Source of the DNA: Octopus vulgaris
Lineage: Eukaryota
Assembly (NCBI GenBank): GCA_951406725.2
Contig: OX597818.1
Coordinates: 38,192,001 to 38,256,000 of the forward strand
Direction: 5' to 3'
DNA: 64,000 nucleotides
The notes beneath the pieces were generated by a model. It saw nothing but the letters and a program-made list of their open reading frames with translations. It did no database searches and was not told where the DNA came from. Shown here piece after piece: positions 13,017 through 26,447 of the stretch. The position numbers and the translations under genes are program-made. Each line of letters starts with the position of its first letter. Position 1 is the first letter of the stretch.

Positions 13017-14071
13017 ATAACGGCAGGCATGTCTTTCGCCATAAAGTCTGTTCGACCGAGGCTAACGAGGAAGTAAACTGTAAAGTGCTTGATATAATTA
13101 CACTTTCCTACCCAACAGTCCACTCGGCCTGCTAGAAATAGAAACCAAATGTCTTTTAATAACACCCGATTGTCTTGAAAATAAAAGAACACATTTGACA
13201 AAAAGATAAAAACGGGATGATCTGCACGATCGAAGCTGACTTGAACTAAACAACGTATAATTAATTACCTCATTAGATGTTACATTTAACAATTAGAGTT
13301 GCATCCAGTCGGTCTTGCCCAACATTCAAAGTCAATGGTGTCGTTATTACAAAATACAATAATAGTTTACAGTTTACATAGTATAATACTTTTTTTTTTT
13401 TTAATCATAAACAATTCTTACAGAATTCATTTAATGAAATTTTTTCCATCATTTTGATAAATTAATTCAGACAATTACCAAATTTTGCGTCTGTTTGAAT
13501 AAATTCAGACATAGTGTTTCAATATGCACGATAAAAATGTGGAATACGTTAATTTTTTTTTTTTTTTTTGCGTACATTAAATTGAAAAAATATTACTTTG
13601 TATGCATTCCTTCGATATAGCTCGACAAGGTCGATACATTTCACTTCGGGTGTTTCCGTGGGTTGTGGAGTATAGATATAACGAAATTACGCCGTAAATT
13701 TTAAACTTGAAGAAAAACAACCTTGCATGTTCTAACCTGTTTTATGTGTGTATGTAAAATCCGCAAATTTCCAAGCAGAAAACAGAATCGAACATTCATT
13801 TGATTCCACGGAAATACGCGAAGTGAAGCGTTTTGATTTTGTCGAGTTATATCGAAAGAATGCCACTTTGTATTTTGTATTTTTTTTTTTACTTCATTCT
13901 ATACACCAACTTTGTAAAATACGTAAAAGCAGTGAAACGAGTCGATATAACCAGCAATATCAATAAAAACGCACCGTAGATCAAATAAACACATTTTCTG
14001 TTGCTAGTAAATAAAGCTTGAAATTAATAAAGTTAGCAAATTAATAGTCTAAAAAAAACAATATTACTTAC

Positions 14072-14216
14072 TTTATGTGCTGATGTTTGATGAGATAAGA
14101 AGAAACTAATTTATATTCGCTTTTAAAATAAGAAAGAAAGCGAAATTAGAAGAGATCAGAGACAAAATGTCTTCGACATTTAGATCCACACAAACCGGAT
14201 ACACGTGTGACGTAAC
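14072..14216 (-). promoter_or_regulatory. Probable non-coding first exon and promoter of the Death/SEFIR gene
   Basis: AAA|GTAAGT donor at 14071-14066 in a locally CpG-retaining zone. CCGGAT, CACGTG and TGACGTAA motifs cluster at about 14194-14216. TSS not determined. Confidence 0.45.
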
Positions 14217-15744
14217 AGTTTTCCCAGCCAAGCAAATGCAATCTTTGTTAATTAGGATCTTTTCCTTTTGAATGGCTTATAGTTGTTGAGTGATAAAGGT
14301 ACTTAGATGTTAAAGAATAGTTTTTTTACTTGGTCGATCAAGATAAAAAATGTGAAATAGGGTCAACAAATATTAAATAAGTAGATTAGTTATTTTATTA
14401 ATTATTTCGTGACATTTAGAGTTCTTTCCCTTGAACATTCTCACTAATTTAGTTTTTTTTTTTTTTTAGGGGCAGTATAGCCCGGCGTTGCCCAGGATTA
14501 AGATAGGATTATTAAGCTAATCAAGCGCTTTGTTTCAAACCAAACTAAGTAACACTGACGTCAAATTAGAGCTAAATCTGTTGAAATTGGTAAACGTTTT
14601 ACTGAAAATGGGTTGCAGACAATTTGATTGAGAAATCCCATAAGGAATCGGTTTATCAATTTTTCCACTCATCGATTACTCTTTTACTTGTTTCAGTCAT
14701 TTGACTGCGGCCATGCTGGAGCACCGCCTTTAGTCGAGCAAATCGACCCCGGGACTTATTCTTTGTAAACCCAGTACTTATTCTATCGGTCTCTTTTTGC
14801 CGAACCGCTAAGTTACGGGGACGTAAACACACCAGCATCGGGGACAAACACAGGCACACAAACACACACATATATATACATATATACGACAGGCTTCTTT
14901 CAGTTTTCGTCTAGCAAATCCACTCACAAGGCATTGGTCGGCCCGGGGCTATAACAGAAGACACTTGCCCAAGATGCCACGCAGTGGGACTGAACCCGGA
15001 ACCATGTGGTTGGTTAGCAAGCTACTTACCACACAGCCACTCCTGCGCCTATTGTTTTTTTTTTTATTATTATTTTGGAGAACTTACAGCATTCAAAGAT
15101 CCCATATGTCCTAAGTAACGCCAGTATCAAGTTTGAACAAAATACATCAAAATTGGTAAAAGTTATGGTTGAAAATGGGGTGTAGCTAATTTTAGTGAGA
15201 AATTCTATAAGGAATCAGTTTATCGATTTTTCATCCTGATTGAATGGAAAACCCCATAAGGAATCAGTTTATTGATTTTTCACTCCAAATAGGACTTAGC
15301 CAAACACAACATTGCTGATTCAAAAAATCTATATTTATACTTTTAAGCTGGTTTTCACAACCAACCCAGGGAATGCATGGGTTGGGAATTTGACTGGCAG
15401 GGGTGATCAGGTTGCACATGCTGGCCATTTCGAAACCACCACCCTGTCATCTAACCCCCTCCTTGACCCATGGGTTGGGAGCCCTTCCAGCAAGGAAAAT
15501 AGAACGCCCAAAAGGGCTCCCGATCCTCTGTGTCAGAAGAGGTTATGTTCGGATCACAACTAAGCTTTAACCTAAGCTAACCTAGTGAAAGGGGGCTCAG
15601 GAGCCTCTAAAAGGCAGCAACTAATCCTAACCCCTCCTAAGAGATAGTATCAGTCAAGACTGCATCGAAGATATGCATTGGAGAAGGTTGCCTCAGAGAT
15701 CTGCATTGGAGAAGGTTGCATCAAAGGTTTGCATGCTATTATAC

Positions 15745-15945
15745 ATATATAGTTAATCCAAACAAGAAAGCACAAAAAAGCACAACAATGCAAGGACGTG
15801 GAACAAATATAGTATTATTGGACACTCAGGAAAGAAGGAGGGTTTAACATTTCGAGCGCTCTTCGTCGGAAACATAGGAGAAGGAAAGATCCAGTGAAGG
15901 GAAGACAGGAAAAAAAATCGCCAATGGTACACACGCGGTCACACA
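15745..15945 (-). mobile_element. Penelope-like terminal repeat remnant with degenerate hammerhead (15842-15873)
   Basis: Minus strand GUUU-CCGACGA-A-GAGC-GCUC-GAAA-UG-UU-AAAC, set in TC-rich flanks. Confidence 0.5.
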
Positions 15946-16649
15946 CACAATATAAATGTCACATTCTCTGCTATATATATATATTTAACAACGAACCATG
16001 TAATTCACTGGGAGTGGGTAAAATTTCCAAGGCTTCCACCTTACCCGACCCCATTTTTCGGACCCCAAAAATAGTTTTGTAGCATATTAGGAGGTCAAAG
16101 AAATTCATTCAACGAAAAAAAAAAATTTCCCAATGATTCTATGATGGGGGAGGTCCCCCCTCGCCCCACCCTTTTTTTTTTCAGAACAAAAATAAGCAAC
16201 TTGCTGCTGCATATTAGGAGGTCAGGGTACATGATTCCACACAAAGAATCTGAGTTTTTTTTTTTTTGTTTTTCTTAGTGAAAATCATGCAGCTGTTAAT
16301 CTAAAAATTTACCCTTTGTTTTTCTATCTTGCCATTGCTAGACAGGGGACTTAACACATGTTAGCAAACTTACGAATTTCAGCGACATGGAAATTGGTAA
16401 AAATTATGGTTGAAAATCGATTTTTATCACTATCTGTGGATGCCTCAGAAAAAATAAGTTGACAAAAACACAGCCACTCCTAAAATTGGAGCGACATGTG
16501 TGCTAATTTGTGGAAGTGCATAAATTACATTCACGTACACACACACATCCTGCTTTTTATAGATATAGATTACTTTCAGTTTAATTTTATAAATATTCCA
16601 TGAAAATTAAAATTTGAATTTGATGTATATATATATATATATATATATA

Positions 16650-17028
16650 TCTATATATAAACGGCAGTTTGTCTGTGTGTGTTTCTGTGTGTCTGTTTGG
16701 TTGTACCCTCACCCTGACCACTGCTTTCAACCGATTCTGATGAAACTTGACACACACATAGCCCAATGTCATAATTCAAAACTAACGCAGCGAAAATTTT
16801 GAAAAGTTCCCCCAGTTTTGAAAAAATCGATAAATTCGACATGGGGTCGAGAATCAGAAACACAAACCACAGACTGTCTAGGGGACGCAACTCGACCTTT
16901 TTTAACTCTCAAAAAAATTTACCATCATTTTTTTTCCCATTTTTTGCTATTTTTTGGCTATAACTCTCTAAAAATGCTTTATAGTTATTTCCCTTACAAA
17001 CCTGAGCAACGCCGGGCGATACTGCTAG
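16650..17028 (+). mobile_element. Non-autonomous Helitron
   Basis: 5' TC(TATATATAAA), subterminal hairpin CCTGAGCAACGCCGGG, 3' CTAG, inserted between A and T with no TSD. Confidence 0.8.
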
Positions 17029-17751
17029 TATATATATATATATATGCTATATTTAAATTCCTAAGAGAGTACAAACAGCTTGCTAACAAAACAAGAGCTT
17101 TTAAGTTAAGAGAATTCCCAGGGGAATTCTCTGAAATGTGTGTGTGTGTGTATGTGTGCCATCATTCAGTTTTATATCAAAATTTCTGGCCTGCAGAGAA
17201 AGAGCCAGTTTCTAACCTAGATCCAAGGAATTTCAACAGCACTGGTATTTCAATAACATAACTGGAATTTCAACAGCATCAACAGGGTATGTATGTGAGC
17301 AGATTTGTATGTTTTGTTTTATGTAGGTATTTTCTTGCATGGAGCTGCATGTTGGCATACTCTTATATACTTAAATGATAAACTTCTGGAAAGTTTTACA
17401 GATTTTTATGTATGTATGTATGTATAAGACTATAAGAGTGTAATATGCAAAATGGTAAGGACAATATTTATGTAGGTGCTTTTTCAGAGATGGTATATCA
17501 AAACTGAAACTATTTGTTTTTTATTCTTTTATTCGTTTCAGTCATTTGACTGTGGCCATGCTGGAGCACCACCTTTAATCAAACAAATTGACACCAGGAT
17601 TTATTCTTTGTAAGCCTACTAGTTATTCTATCAGTCTCTTTTGCCGAACTGCTAAGTTATGGTGATGTAAATACACCAGCATCGCTTGTCAAGCAATGGT
17701 GGAGGGGGACAAACAGACACACAAACATATACATACATATATATGTGTGTA

Positions 17752-17806
<55 letters not shown>

Positions 17807-18142
17807 TATATATACGACAGGCTTCATCCAGTTTCCATCGACCAAATATCCACCCACAAGTCTTTGGTCTGCCTGAGGCTATAGTAGAAGACACTTACCC
17901 AAGGTGCTATACAGTGAGACTGAACCCAGAACCATGTGGTTAGTAAGCAAGATACTTACCACACAGCCACTCCTATTTTCCTTTAAAAATTATATTTTTT
18001 CAGGTGTACTGTTCTTTCGTTTTTTTCAACTGAATGACTTATGTTTATGTATTTTTGTGCATGTATGTATGAGTGTATGTGTGTGCATTTATGTATATTT
18101 GTGTATGTATGTATATTTGAATAAGTATATGTATGTATGTGA

Positions 18143-18474
18143 AGGCGCATGGCTCAGTGGTTAGAGCGTTGAACTTACAACCATGAGGTTGTGAGTTAAA
18201 ATCCTGGACCGGGCTGCATGTTGTGTTCTTGAGCAAGACACTTTATTTCACAATGCTCTAGTTCACTCAGCTGTAGAAATGAGTTGTGATGTCACAGGTA
18301 CCAAGCTGTATCGGCTGTTGCCTTTCCCTTGGATAACAATGGTGGTGTGGAGAGGGGAGGCTGGTATGCATGGGTGACTGCTGGTCTTCCATAAACAATC
18401 TTACTCAGACTTGTGCCTGAGACAGTAACTTTCTAGATGCAATCCCACAGTCAGTCATGACCAAAGGGGGTCTC
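18143..18474 (+). mobile_element. tRNA-derived SINE family D
   Basis: GGCGCATGGCTCAGTGGTTAGAGCG head and TTGAGCAAGACACTT core. Second copy at about 31710-32047. Confidence 0.8.
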
Positions 18475-20989
18475 AGCTATATGTATGTATGCATTTATGT
18501 ACATAACTGTATATTTGTGTATGTATACATACATATACTTACATACACACACTAACACATACCTACATACATACATACATTCATACATACATACATACAT
18601 ACATACATACATACATACACAAAAAATACATAAATGTAAGTGATTCATCATCATCATCATCATCATTTAGCGTCCGCTTTCCATGCTAGCATGGGTTGGA
18701 CGGTTCAACTGGGGTCTGGGAAACCAGGAGGCTGCACCAGGCCCAGTCTGATCTGGCAATGTTTCTACGGCTGGATGCCCTTCCTAACGCTAACCATTCC
18801 ATGAGTGTAGTGGGTGCTTTTTACAAAAAAAAATTGAACAAGCTAACTGCATGGGATGGACCAAATTATGTAAGCTATTCTGAGGAGATGCTTGAAAAAA
18901 TAATGAGGGATTGAAAGAGATAACAGTAATACGTATTGTTATTCTTTAATATGTTAATTTATACAAAAGGAAATATTTGCAACTAAAACATGAACATCTT
19001 AAGTATCCTAAAATGTATACATTTCCTTTCATCCAGTTCCATTTCTTGAGTGTGCTTCATGGAGACCAACACAACAGCTCTTAATCTGAGAAGAATTTTA
19101 CTTTGTTTAATAATATTCGAAATCGATCAATGGAAATTGCAGCTGAGTTACCAGTGCCGGTGGCACGTAAGAGAACCATCCGTTCGTGACTGTTGCCAGC
19201 GCCGCCCCGACTGGCCTCGTGTCGGTGGCACGTAAAAGCACCATCCACTCATGTCCGTTGCCAGCCTTGCCTGGCCCCCATGCCGGTGGCACGTAAAAGC
19301 ACCATCCGTTCGTGGCCGTTTGCCAGCTCCGTCTGGCACCTGTGCGGGTGGCACATAAAAGCACCCACTACTCTCATGGAGTGGTTGGCGTTAGGAAGGG
19401 CATCCAGCCGTAGAAACACTGCCAGATCAGACTGGGCCTGATGCAGCCTTCTGGCTTCACAGACCCCAGTTGAACCGTCCAACCCATGCTAGCATGGAAA
19501 ACGGACGCTAAATGATGATGATGATGATGATAAATGCCACAAGATCAGAGCTGGATACAGACATAAGCTAAAGGAAGAAAGTTACAACAAAAAGCTTTAC
19601 AGTCTAAAGAAACCCCATAAAATCTTAGACTTGTTTTCAGTTTTTCCAGCTTCATTATAATTTGCTTATGAGTAACAATTTAGCCTAATTAACGACAATT
19701 ATGTTCATAAATTAGACCCAATTTTAAAAAGGAGTAATTAGAAAATATTGTAGGATTTCATTAGTTCATCATTATGTTTATGGTTTTTTTATCTAATTTT
19801 ATCCTGCATGAATTTATTATACATTTTGTCGATATTCTTGCCAAGTTCAGTTATTTTTCTGCAGTATTCATTGGAAACAATTGCCAAATAGGGCTTCTAA
19901 AAACTATTCAAAGTTTATATAACTGCATAACAATAATTTGGTGTCTCTCCGCAAACTTATTACCTCATATCTTTTAATAATATCTATTTTTAAGGAAATT
20001 TTGTAAATACCTTTTCAATAGTATGTGATGATTATATTGACTTCTTTTATCTAATTTAGAGATTTTTCTTTTACTCAGAAAAAAGTCCATGCCTTTTTAT
20101 CCATTCAATAACTTGCTCATGATCATAGCACAAAAATTATGTGTGATATCAAGTAATATCAACAATAGTTTGGCAACATGTACCTTGCCTTCACCACACC
20201 AATTGCTTTAGGTGCCTTTGTTGTAGCGAATAGACATAGACACCTTCTCACCCTCCTCCTACCTTTGAAGCCATTTAGGCTTGAAACTGTTTGAAGGATA
20301 TTATGAATATCTGTGGCAAAAGAACAATTGAAACAAAACTTATTAAGCACATTTATGTAACTGTCTATAACAAGCATATCCATTGAACATGATAGTGAAA
20401 TTACTCTCATAGACGCATTCAGGGTGATCTAAAAACCTGAAATTAGCAGAACAAAAAGAGAAAATTCACATGTGGAATAGAAAAACCAACCTGAATATTA
20501 GCTTAGTGAAATTCTTAACTGCATAAATTTAAGAATTGACAGATCTGTGATTAGTAATGTGGGAATACTAAAGCTAAAGCCAAGCAGGAAACTAAACTGA
20601 TGAAAGTTAAGTGATATATCCTAAATTAACAATTCACTACATAACCGCTATGCAAAACCGGTTTTAACTCCTACACAATGAAGAGTATGTGTTAACACAG
20701 AAATTTATGAAACAGGAACCTATCCTCTTGTCCAATAGAATTAGATGAACCATCAACTACAGGTCTAAATGACTGAATTACGTACATGGAACTGTGTTAC
20801 CAAGTGTAATAAATTAACATACGTCAACAAATCCCTAATTAAGCTGCTTAAAATTCTTATACAGTATTGTTATGACAAGACTTGGTGGCAGTTTATATAC
20901 AAATTTATTGTTACATTTTTTTTTTACAAGGCTTCATCAAAATTATATGAACATTGTATTTTACAGGAGTTGAAGGTCTTCATAGATAA

Positions 20990-21362
20990 TCTATTATATA
21001 AAGCTGAAGTTGTCTGTGTGTGACAGGTTTGGTAGCCTTCAACTAACACTATCTCCTCCGAGACCCTGTGGCGCAAGTTGATCAAAATTGAGAGTATGAT
21101 AGAAGAAGGCTTGTTCTTCATTCCGTAGAAGATAAAATTCAAATTGGACCATGTTAACACCAAAAATTATTTACATCAAAAAGGTGCTTTTTTTCTGTGA
21201 AAATCTCTATTTTTTATGATTTTTTTACTGTTGTGTCGCCATTTTTCGGTGGATTTCAACCAGAAAAATGTTTACTTAAAGAGAATAACAAGCTACATAA
21301 TGCAAAAATTCCAATTCTAAAGGATCGAAACAAACCCGAGCAATGCCTGGCGATACTGCTAG
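20990..21362 (+). mobile_element. Non-autonomous Helitron
   Basis: A|TC...CCCGAGCAATGCCTGGCGATACTGCTAG|T termini. Confidence 0.85.
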
Positions 21363-21785
21363 TTAGTGATAAAACTGATCTTCAAATTGCAGCAAAAATG
21401 TACGGTGTTGATTCTTCATCATCTCTGAGTTGGTATAGAGATGTGAAAAAGCTATTAGGAAAATCATGCTGGTTTGAGTATGAATCTCTGAAAACAGCTA
21501 TGAGAGCAGAATTTGTTGAAGACTCTAATGAAAGAAATCTGAAATTTTTCTGGCTTCTTGTGCCAAAAGGCTCTGTTTATAAGGCTGTCACTGAAAGAAC
21601 TTTCCGGAACTTATCACATGAACAATTAGTTCTAATTCGCTGAAACACATAATTTACATGTAATTGGAAAATAAGAGTTGACATCAACTGCCATACCTAC
21701 TTAAGCTAGATAGTTACACTGCCAGAACCATACAATGGATCAGATGAATCATTCATCTATGGTAGGAGTTGAATAATATTGTTAA

Positions 21786-22016
21786 GGCGGCGAGCTGGCA
21801 GAAACGTTAGCACGCCGGGCGAAATGCGTAGCCGTATTTCGTCTGTCGTTACGTTCTGAGTTTAAATTCCGCCAAGGTCGACTTTGCCTTTCATCCTCTC
21901 GGGGTCGATAAATTAAGTACCAGTTACGCACTGGGGTCGATATAATCGACTTAATCCCTTTGTCTGTCCTTGTTTGTCCCCTCTGTGTTTAGCCCTTTGT
22001 GGGTAATAAAGAAATA
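21786..22016 (+). mobile_element. SINE family A, full-length young copy
   Basis: 14-bp direct repeat AATATTGTTAAGGC at 21775-21788 and 22017-22030; CpGs retained. Confidence 0.9.
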
Positions 22017-23171
22017 AATATTGTTAAGGCTGTAATTCACTCACCTGCAGCATCTTTCAGACTTTGTCACTAATTCAGTTCTTAACCACATTGAAAACTC
22101 TTAACATTTTTTGAAGAAGTCCCTAGCTACATTTTGGCATAAAAAGTTGAGATTTGGTCCAATAGAAAAAAAGTTTACATTAAAATTTGTAGCAACATTA
22201 CAGGAGAGTAAATAATGCCTCCAATCAAGTTTAGATCTAAATAACTTTTTTATTTTAAAAGCAAAATATATTTATCTTAGCTTCAATAATAGAAGAAAGC
22301 ATGAGAAATTCCATAATTTCAGTCCCATGCAACAAAAATTGAATCAAAAAAGTTGTGAGGTAAAAATATCATGAAAAATAATATAACGCAAAAGATTGGA
22401 TTTAAGTATAATTAGCTTTTTTTTTTAATTTTAAAAACAAACTATATTTTAATTAAGATTCAAAACAAACTATATATTAATTAAGCTCAATTTGAGGAAT
22501 TTCATGGTATCAATATCATGCAATGAAATTTTAAAAGAAAAAAGTTACGAGTGTTTGATTCTCAAATTTGAGGGTGATAATAAAGTTCAATACTTTTTTT
22601 ATGAATATAGTTCTATAAGGGAACTTTTAATATATGTCTTCAGCATCATTGGGGTAAGGAAGAAATTATCAACGACACCGCTAATTTGCAATTAGTTTAA
22701 TTATATCATCTGTATTAAATAATGCAATTATATCATGTAAACAGTCCTGTAATTATCTGAGATGAGAAACAGAATCATAGTAGTTTACATTGACAGGAAT
22801 TTCTCAGTTTTTGAGACTTCTCAAAGAATCATCCAAATATGGTAGTAGTTAAATAATATTCAAAATATGAAAAGGAATATAATTTACAAAAGAAAGACAA
22901 AAAAAAGGGGGGAAGAAAAGAGAGAAAAAAACGTCAATGCATCACCATATGCTTCAATTGGTTGCACATCACAAGTTTCAACAGAACCTACTAAAGCAAG
23001 CCAGCACACTCGCAGCATTATGAGTGATGGCAAGGCTAAGTACCCTCATGGGCATCACCTGGCACCTTGGTGAGGTGAGCTACCAACAATGACAAGAACT
23101 TGGCTGTTCATTATGTCAGATTAGAATTTAAAGTAACCTTTGCAATCTCATGTAGTTCCTTTTACAAATTA

Positions 23172-23559
23172 TTAGCAGTATCGCCCAGCGTTGCTCAGGT
23201 TTGTTTCAACCCTTTAGAATTGGAATTTTTGAAACGTAAAAATTTTGCATTATGTAGCTTGTTATTCTCTTTAAGTGAACATTTTTCTGGTTGAAATCCA
23301 CCAAAAAATGGCGACACAGCAGTCAAAAAATCATAAATAATAGGGATTTTCTTAGAAAAAAAGCACCTTTTTGATGTAAATAATTTTTGGTGTTAACATG
23401 GTCCAATTTGCATTTTATCTTCTACGGAATGAAGAGCAAGCCTTCTTCTATCATACTCTCAATTTTGGTCAACTTGTGCTGCAGGGTCTCGGAGGAGATA
23501 GTGTTAGTTGAAGGCTACCAAACCTACCATACACAGACAACTTCAGCTTTATATATAGA
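23172..23559 (-). mobile_element. Non-autonomous Helitron, same family as 20990-21362, inverted
   Basis: Near-identical reverse complement of 20990-21362. Further Helitron-type ends near 11142-11165, 14471-14500, 34922-34951 and 54320-54338. Confidence 0.85.
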
Positions 23560-23564
23560 GAGAT

Positions 23565-23964
23565 TAGAGTGGTGATGAGAAGAGATGGTCTTACTCTTTG
23601 TCCCTGGGCATGAGGTAGGTGCCTCATCTGGTATGTCAAAGTCTGTGACTTCTTTGCTCCTTCCCACATCCTGTATGCTGCAGTAAATGGAAGGGTCACT
23701 GCTTCTGTTGCCGAACGGAACACAATCCTTAATTATTGGGACTTGGTAGTGAACCATTTCTTCCACCCTATGGCATGTGAGACGTTTGGAGGGGCTGGGT
23801 TGCTAACAACGAAGCTTTTGTCATCGTTGGCAACTCACCTTACCATGGTGTCGGGTGACATTCGCAAGGGTGCTTGGCTGTTCCAACACCTTAGCCTCAC
23901 CATTGCCTGTGGTAATGCAGTAAGTGTCTTGGCTTCCTTCAGCAGGCTCCATTGGACCTTGTAG
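23565..23964 (+). mobile_element. Fossil CRE-like non-LTR retrotransposon, C-terminal restriction-like endonuclease
   Basis: DGLTLCPWA*GRCLIWYVKVCDFFAPSH...FHPMACETFGGAG...WLFQHLSLTIACGNAVSVL matches the PDG..PW..G...WD / P...ET.G / QR.S.AIQRGNA pattern; contains an internal stop. A weaker related fragment lies at about 22935-23080. Confidence 0.75.
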
Positions 23965-24548
23965 TGTACAACCACTTGGTGTTGAATCGATGCTTTTCCT
24001 TCTTCCTCTTCTTTTTTTTTTCTTTCTTCACTTATATTTGTCTTTTGTTTGGCTTGAGATTTGTATTTCAGTGTCATCATCATCATCATTTAGCGTCCAC
24101 TTTCCATGCTAGCATGGGTTGGACGGTTCAACTGGGGTCTGGGAAGCCAGAAGGCTGCACCAGGCCCAGTCTAATCTGGCAATGTTTCTACGGCTGGATG
24201 CCCTTCCTAACGCCAACCACTCCGTGAGTGTAGTGGATGCTTTTTACATGCCACCGGCACAGGTGCCAAACAGGGCTGGCAAACGGCCACGGTTGGATGG
24301 TGCTTTTTACGTGCCACCGGCATGGGGGCCAGGCGAGGCTGGCAATAGCCACGATCGGATGGTGCTTTTTACGTGCCACCAGCATGGGGGCCAGGCGAGG
24401 CTGGCAACGGCCACAATCGGATGGTGCTTTTTACCAACCACATGGTTCCGGGTTCAGTCCCACTGCGTGACACCTTGGGCAAGTGTCTTCTACTATAACC
24501 TCAGGCTGACCAAAGCCTTGGGTGATTTGATAGCGACGAAAAGCCATC

Positions 24549-24591
<43 letters not shown>

Positions 24592-25263
24592 GATTTGAGT
24601 CCAAAGCCTGTGAGTCCTTGTGATGGATTATGCGTTTGTGTGTCTGTGTTTGTTCCCCTAGCATTGTTTGACAACCGATGCTGGTGTGTTTATGTTCCTG
24701 TTACTTAGTGGTTCAGCAAAAGAGACCGATAGAATAAGTACTGGGCTTACAAAAGAATAAGTTTCTCGATTAAAGGCGGTGCTCCAGTATGGCCGCAGTC
24801 AAATGACTGAAACAAGTAAAAGAGAGAGAGTAAAGAGTATGCATCTGTAACAAAGATCTATCAAGATTTGAAAACTGAACTTTTGGTTCACTGTTCAGAA
24901 ATCTGGGCACATCTGTAAAATTTTATAGAAAAATAGCAGCTTATGTTACTATTGTTACTTAAGTTTACCTGCCTTGCAACAAAAGGTTTATTTATTTGAT
25001 ACAATATGTTCTCCTGATCCTCCTATTCCATGACTTATTTTGTGACAGAGTTTTCTGTGTTGTTTATCACTGAACATATTCTCTGGGGTGCTGTTGTAGT
25101 GTTTTGGAAAATAAAATATAATTTAAGCCCAACAATATGATTCAACGTTTACGTTGGTAACACACATGCTTTACATAGCCGAAATACTTATCCTAACAGG
25201 AATCCTAGACCATAAAATTTACCAGAAAAAAATTTTTTTTTCTGTGAAAACAGAGAATAAAGT

Positions 25264-25678
25264 GGATCTTTTCGGTTTGAACGGCAATTTTTTCTAGTGG
25301 TGTCATATGAAATTGTCACCCATAATTATGACCCTAGAATCGATCTATTGCATTTCAATCTCTTTTAGGGTTAGGGTTAGGGGTGGGGGAATGGTATTTT
25401 TTTTTTCACAAACGTAAATAAACCCAATTTGTTTCTTAAACGAGGGACATATTCATACGGCACAGAATGCTTTTTAACTCAATAGACGTCACTGATTGGT
25501 TGAAATTGCAGAAATTTAAGAAAAAAAAACAACAAATATCTTACAAACTATAGAATTTTCTCAATAAAGCCAAGAGAAAAAGATGTTTTATAAACACATT
25601 CTACCAGTATACGAAGTTTAAAATTTTTTAGTTACCTAGAAATTATGTTAAAAACTGCCGTTCAAGCCGAAAAGATCC
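25264..25678. mobile_element. MITE with GGATCTTTTCGGTTTGAACGGCA TIRs and internal (TTAGGG)n
   Basis: TIRs of about 29 bp; 8-bp TSD AATAAAGT (25256-25263 and 25679-25686). Confidence 0.9.
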
Positions 25679-25774
25679 AATAAAGTTTTTTTAAAAGGAC
25701 TCAGAAAAAATTATGGAAGCAGAAAGAAATTTATTTGATGCAGACGATGTATTGCGAAATAATGTTACGAAACC

Positions 25775-25856
25775 GACAGGAAGTGAAAAACGAAACCGGA
25801 TAATATTGACAAATGAAAAGCTTGAAGGTAGCATGTGCGTATATCTTTGATTGGAG
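25775..25856 (+). promoter_or_regulatory. SDHAF2 proximal promoter motifs (ETS/GABP-like, NRF1-like, reverse CCAAT)
   Basis: CAGGAAGTG at 25777-25785, CCGGAT at 25796-25801, GCATGTGCG near 25831 and ATTGG near 25850, all within 110 bp of the ATG. Confidence 0.4.
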
Positions 25857-25885
25857 AGTCACTTTCTGGTAATATTACAATCAGC

Positions 25886-25945
25886 ATGGCTGCTATGTTG
25901 TCAAGTTCCCTGTTTCGCAATACTATTTCACGTCGTTGCTCCCAA
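25886..25945 (+). CDS. SDHAF2: Succinate dehydrogenase assembly factor 2, exon 1 (mitochondrial presequence)
   Basis: AGCATGG start context. MAAMLSSSLFRNTISRRCSQ is Ser/Arg-rich with no acidic residues. GTAAGT donor, phase 0, matching exon 2. Confidence 0.75.
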
Positions 25946-26447
25946 GTAAGTTTAGTTATTGATCTCATACTGTTTTGTTTTCACTAAACTAGGTTTTAGC
26001 ATTTTAAAAAAATAATAATTTTATATCACACCCTATATAATTATCCTGTTAAATTACATTTAGTAACAAAATTAATTTGCTCCCTTACTTTTGATATAGG
26101 GTTAACATTACCAGTTTGTTTACAAAACAGAAAATTGAAAGTTAAACATGGTAATACAGGTGTACGCATTAATCAGTGATGGTTGTGAATGAAATTATCA
26201 TAAACAAAGAAGAGATATTAACCTGATATCATATTTAGTACTTTACATAATAGCTTACGTAAACAACTTCAAAGTCACCTGTGTTTTGAATGTCAGATTT
26301 TTAATATAAACTAATAGTAAATTCTGTGGGTTAATAATGTTCCGGCGGAGGTAAAGAATACGCATACCACCCGTTTTCGGCGTAACCCTAACTACTGGGT
26401 GTGCGTTAAACTAAAGCGTTTGACCCGAGCAAAAAACAAAAGAAAAA

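Noticed and set aside
17108-17132. Palindromic NF-kB-like site upstream of the immune adaptor gene (also GGAAAACCCC near 15246)
   Set aside because: Short motifs in probable repeat-derived sequence 1-3 kb from an unverified TSS; not distinguishable from chance.
25365-25385. TTAGGG repeats as an interstitial telomere or fusion site
   Set aside because: Only about 3 units, located inside a MITE (likewise at 63190-63215).
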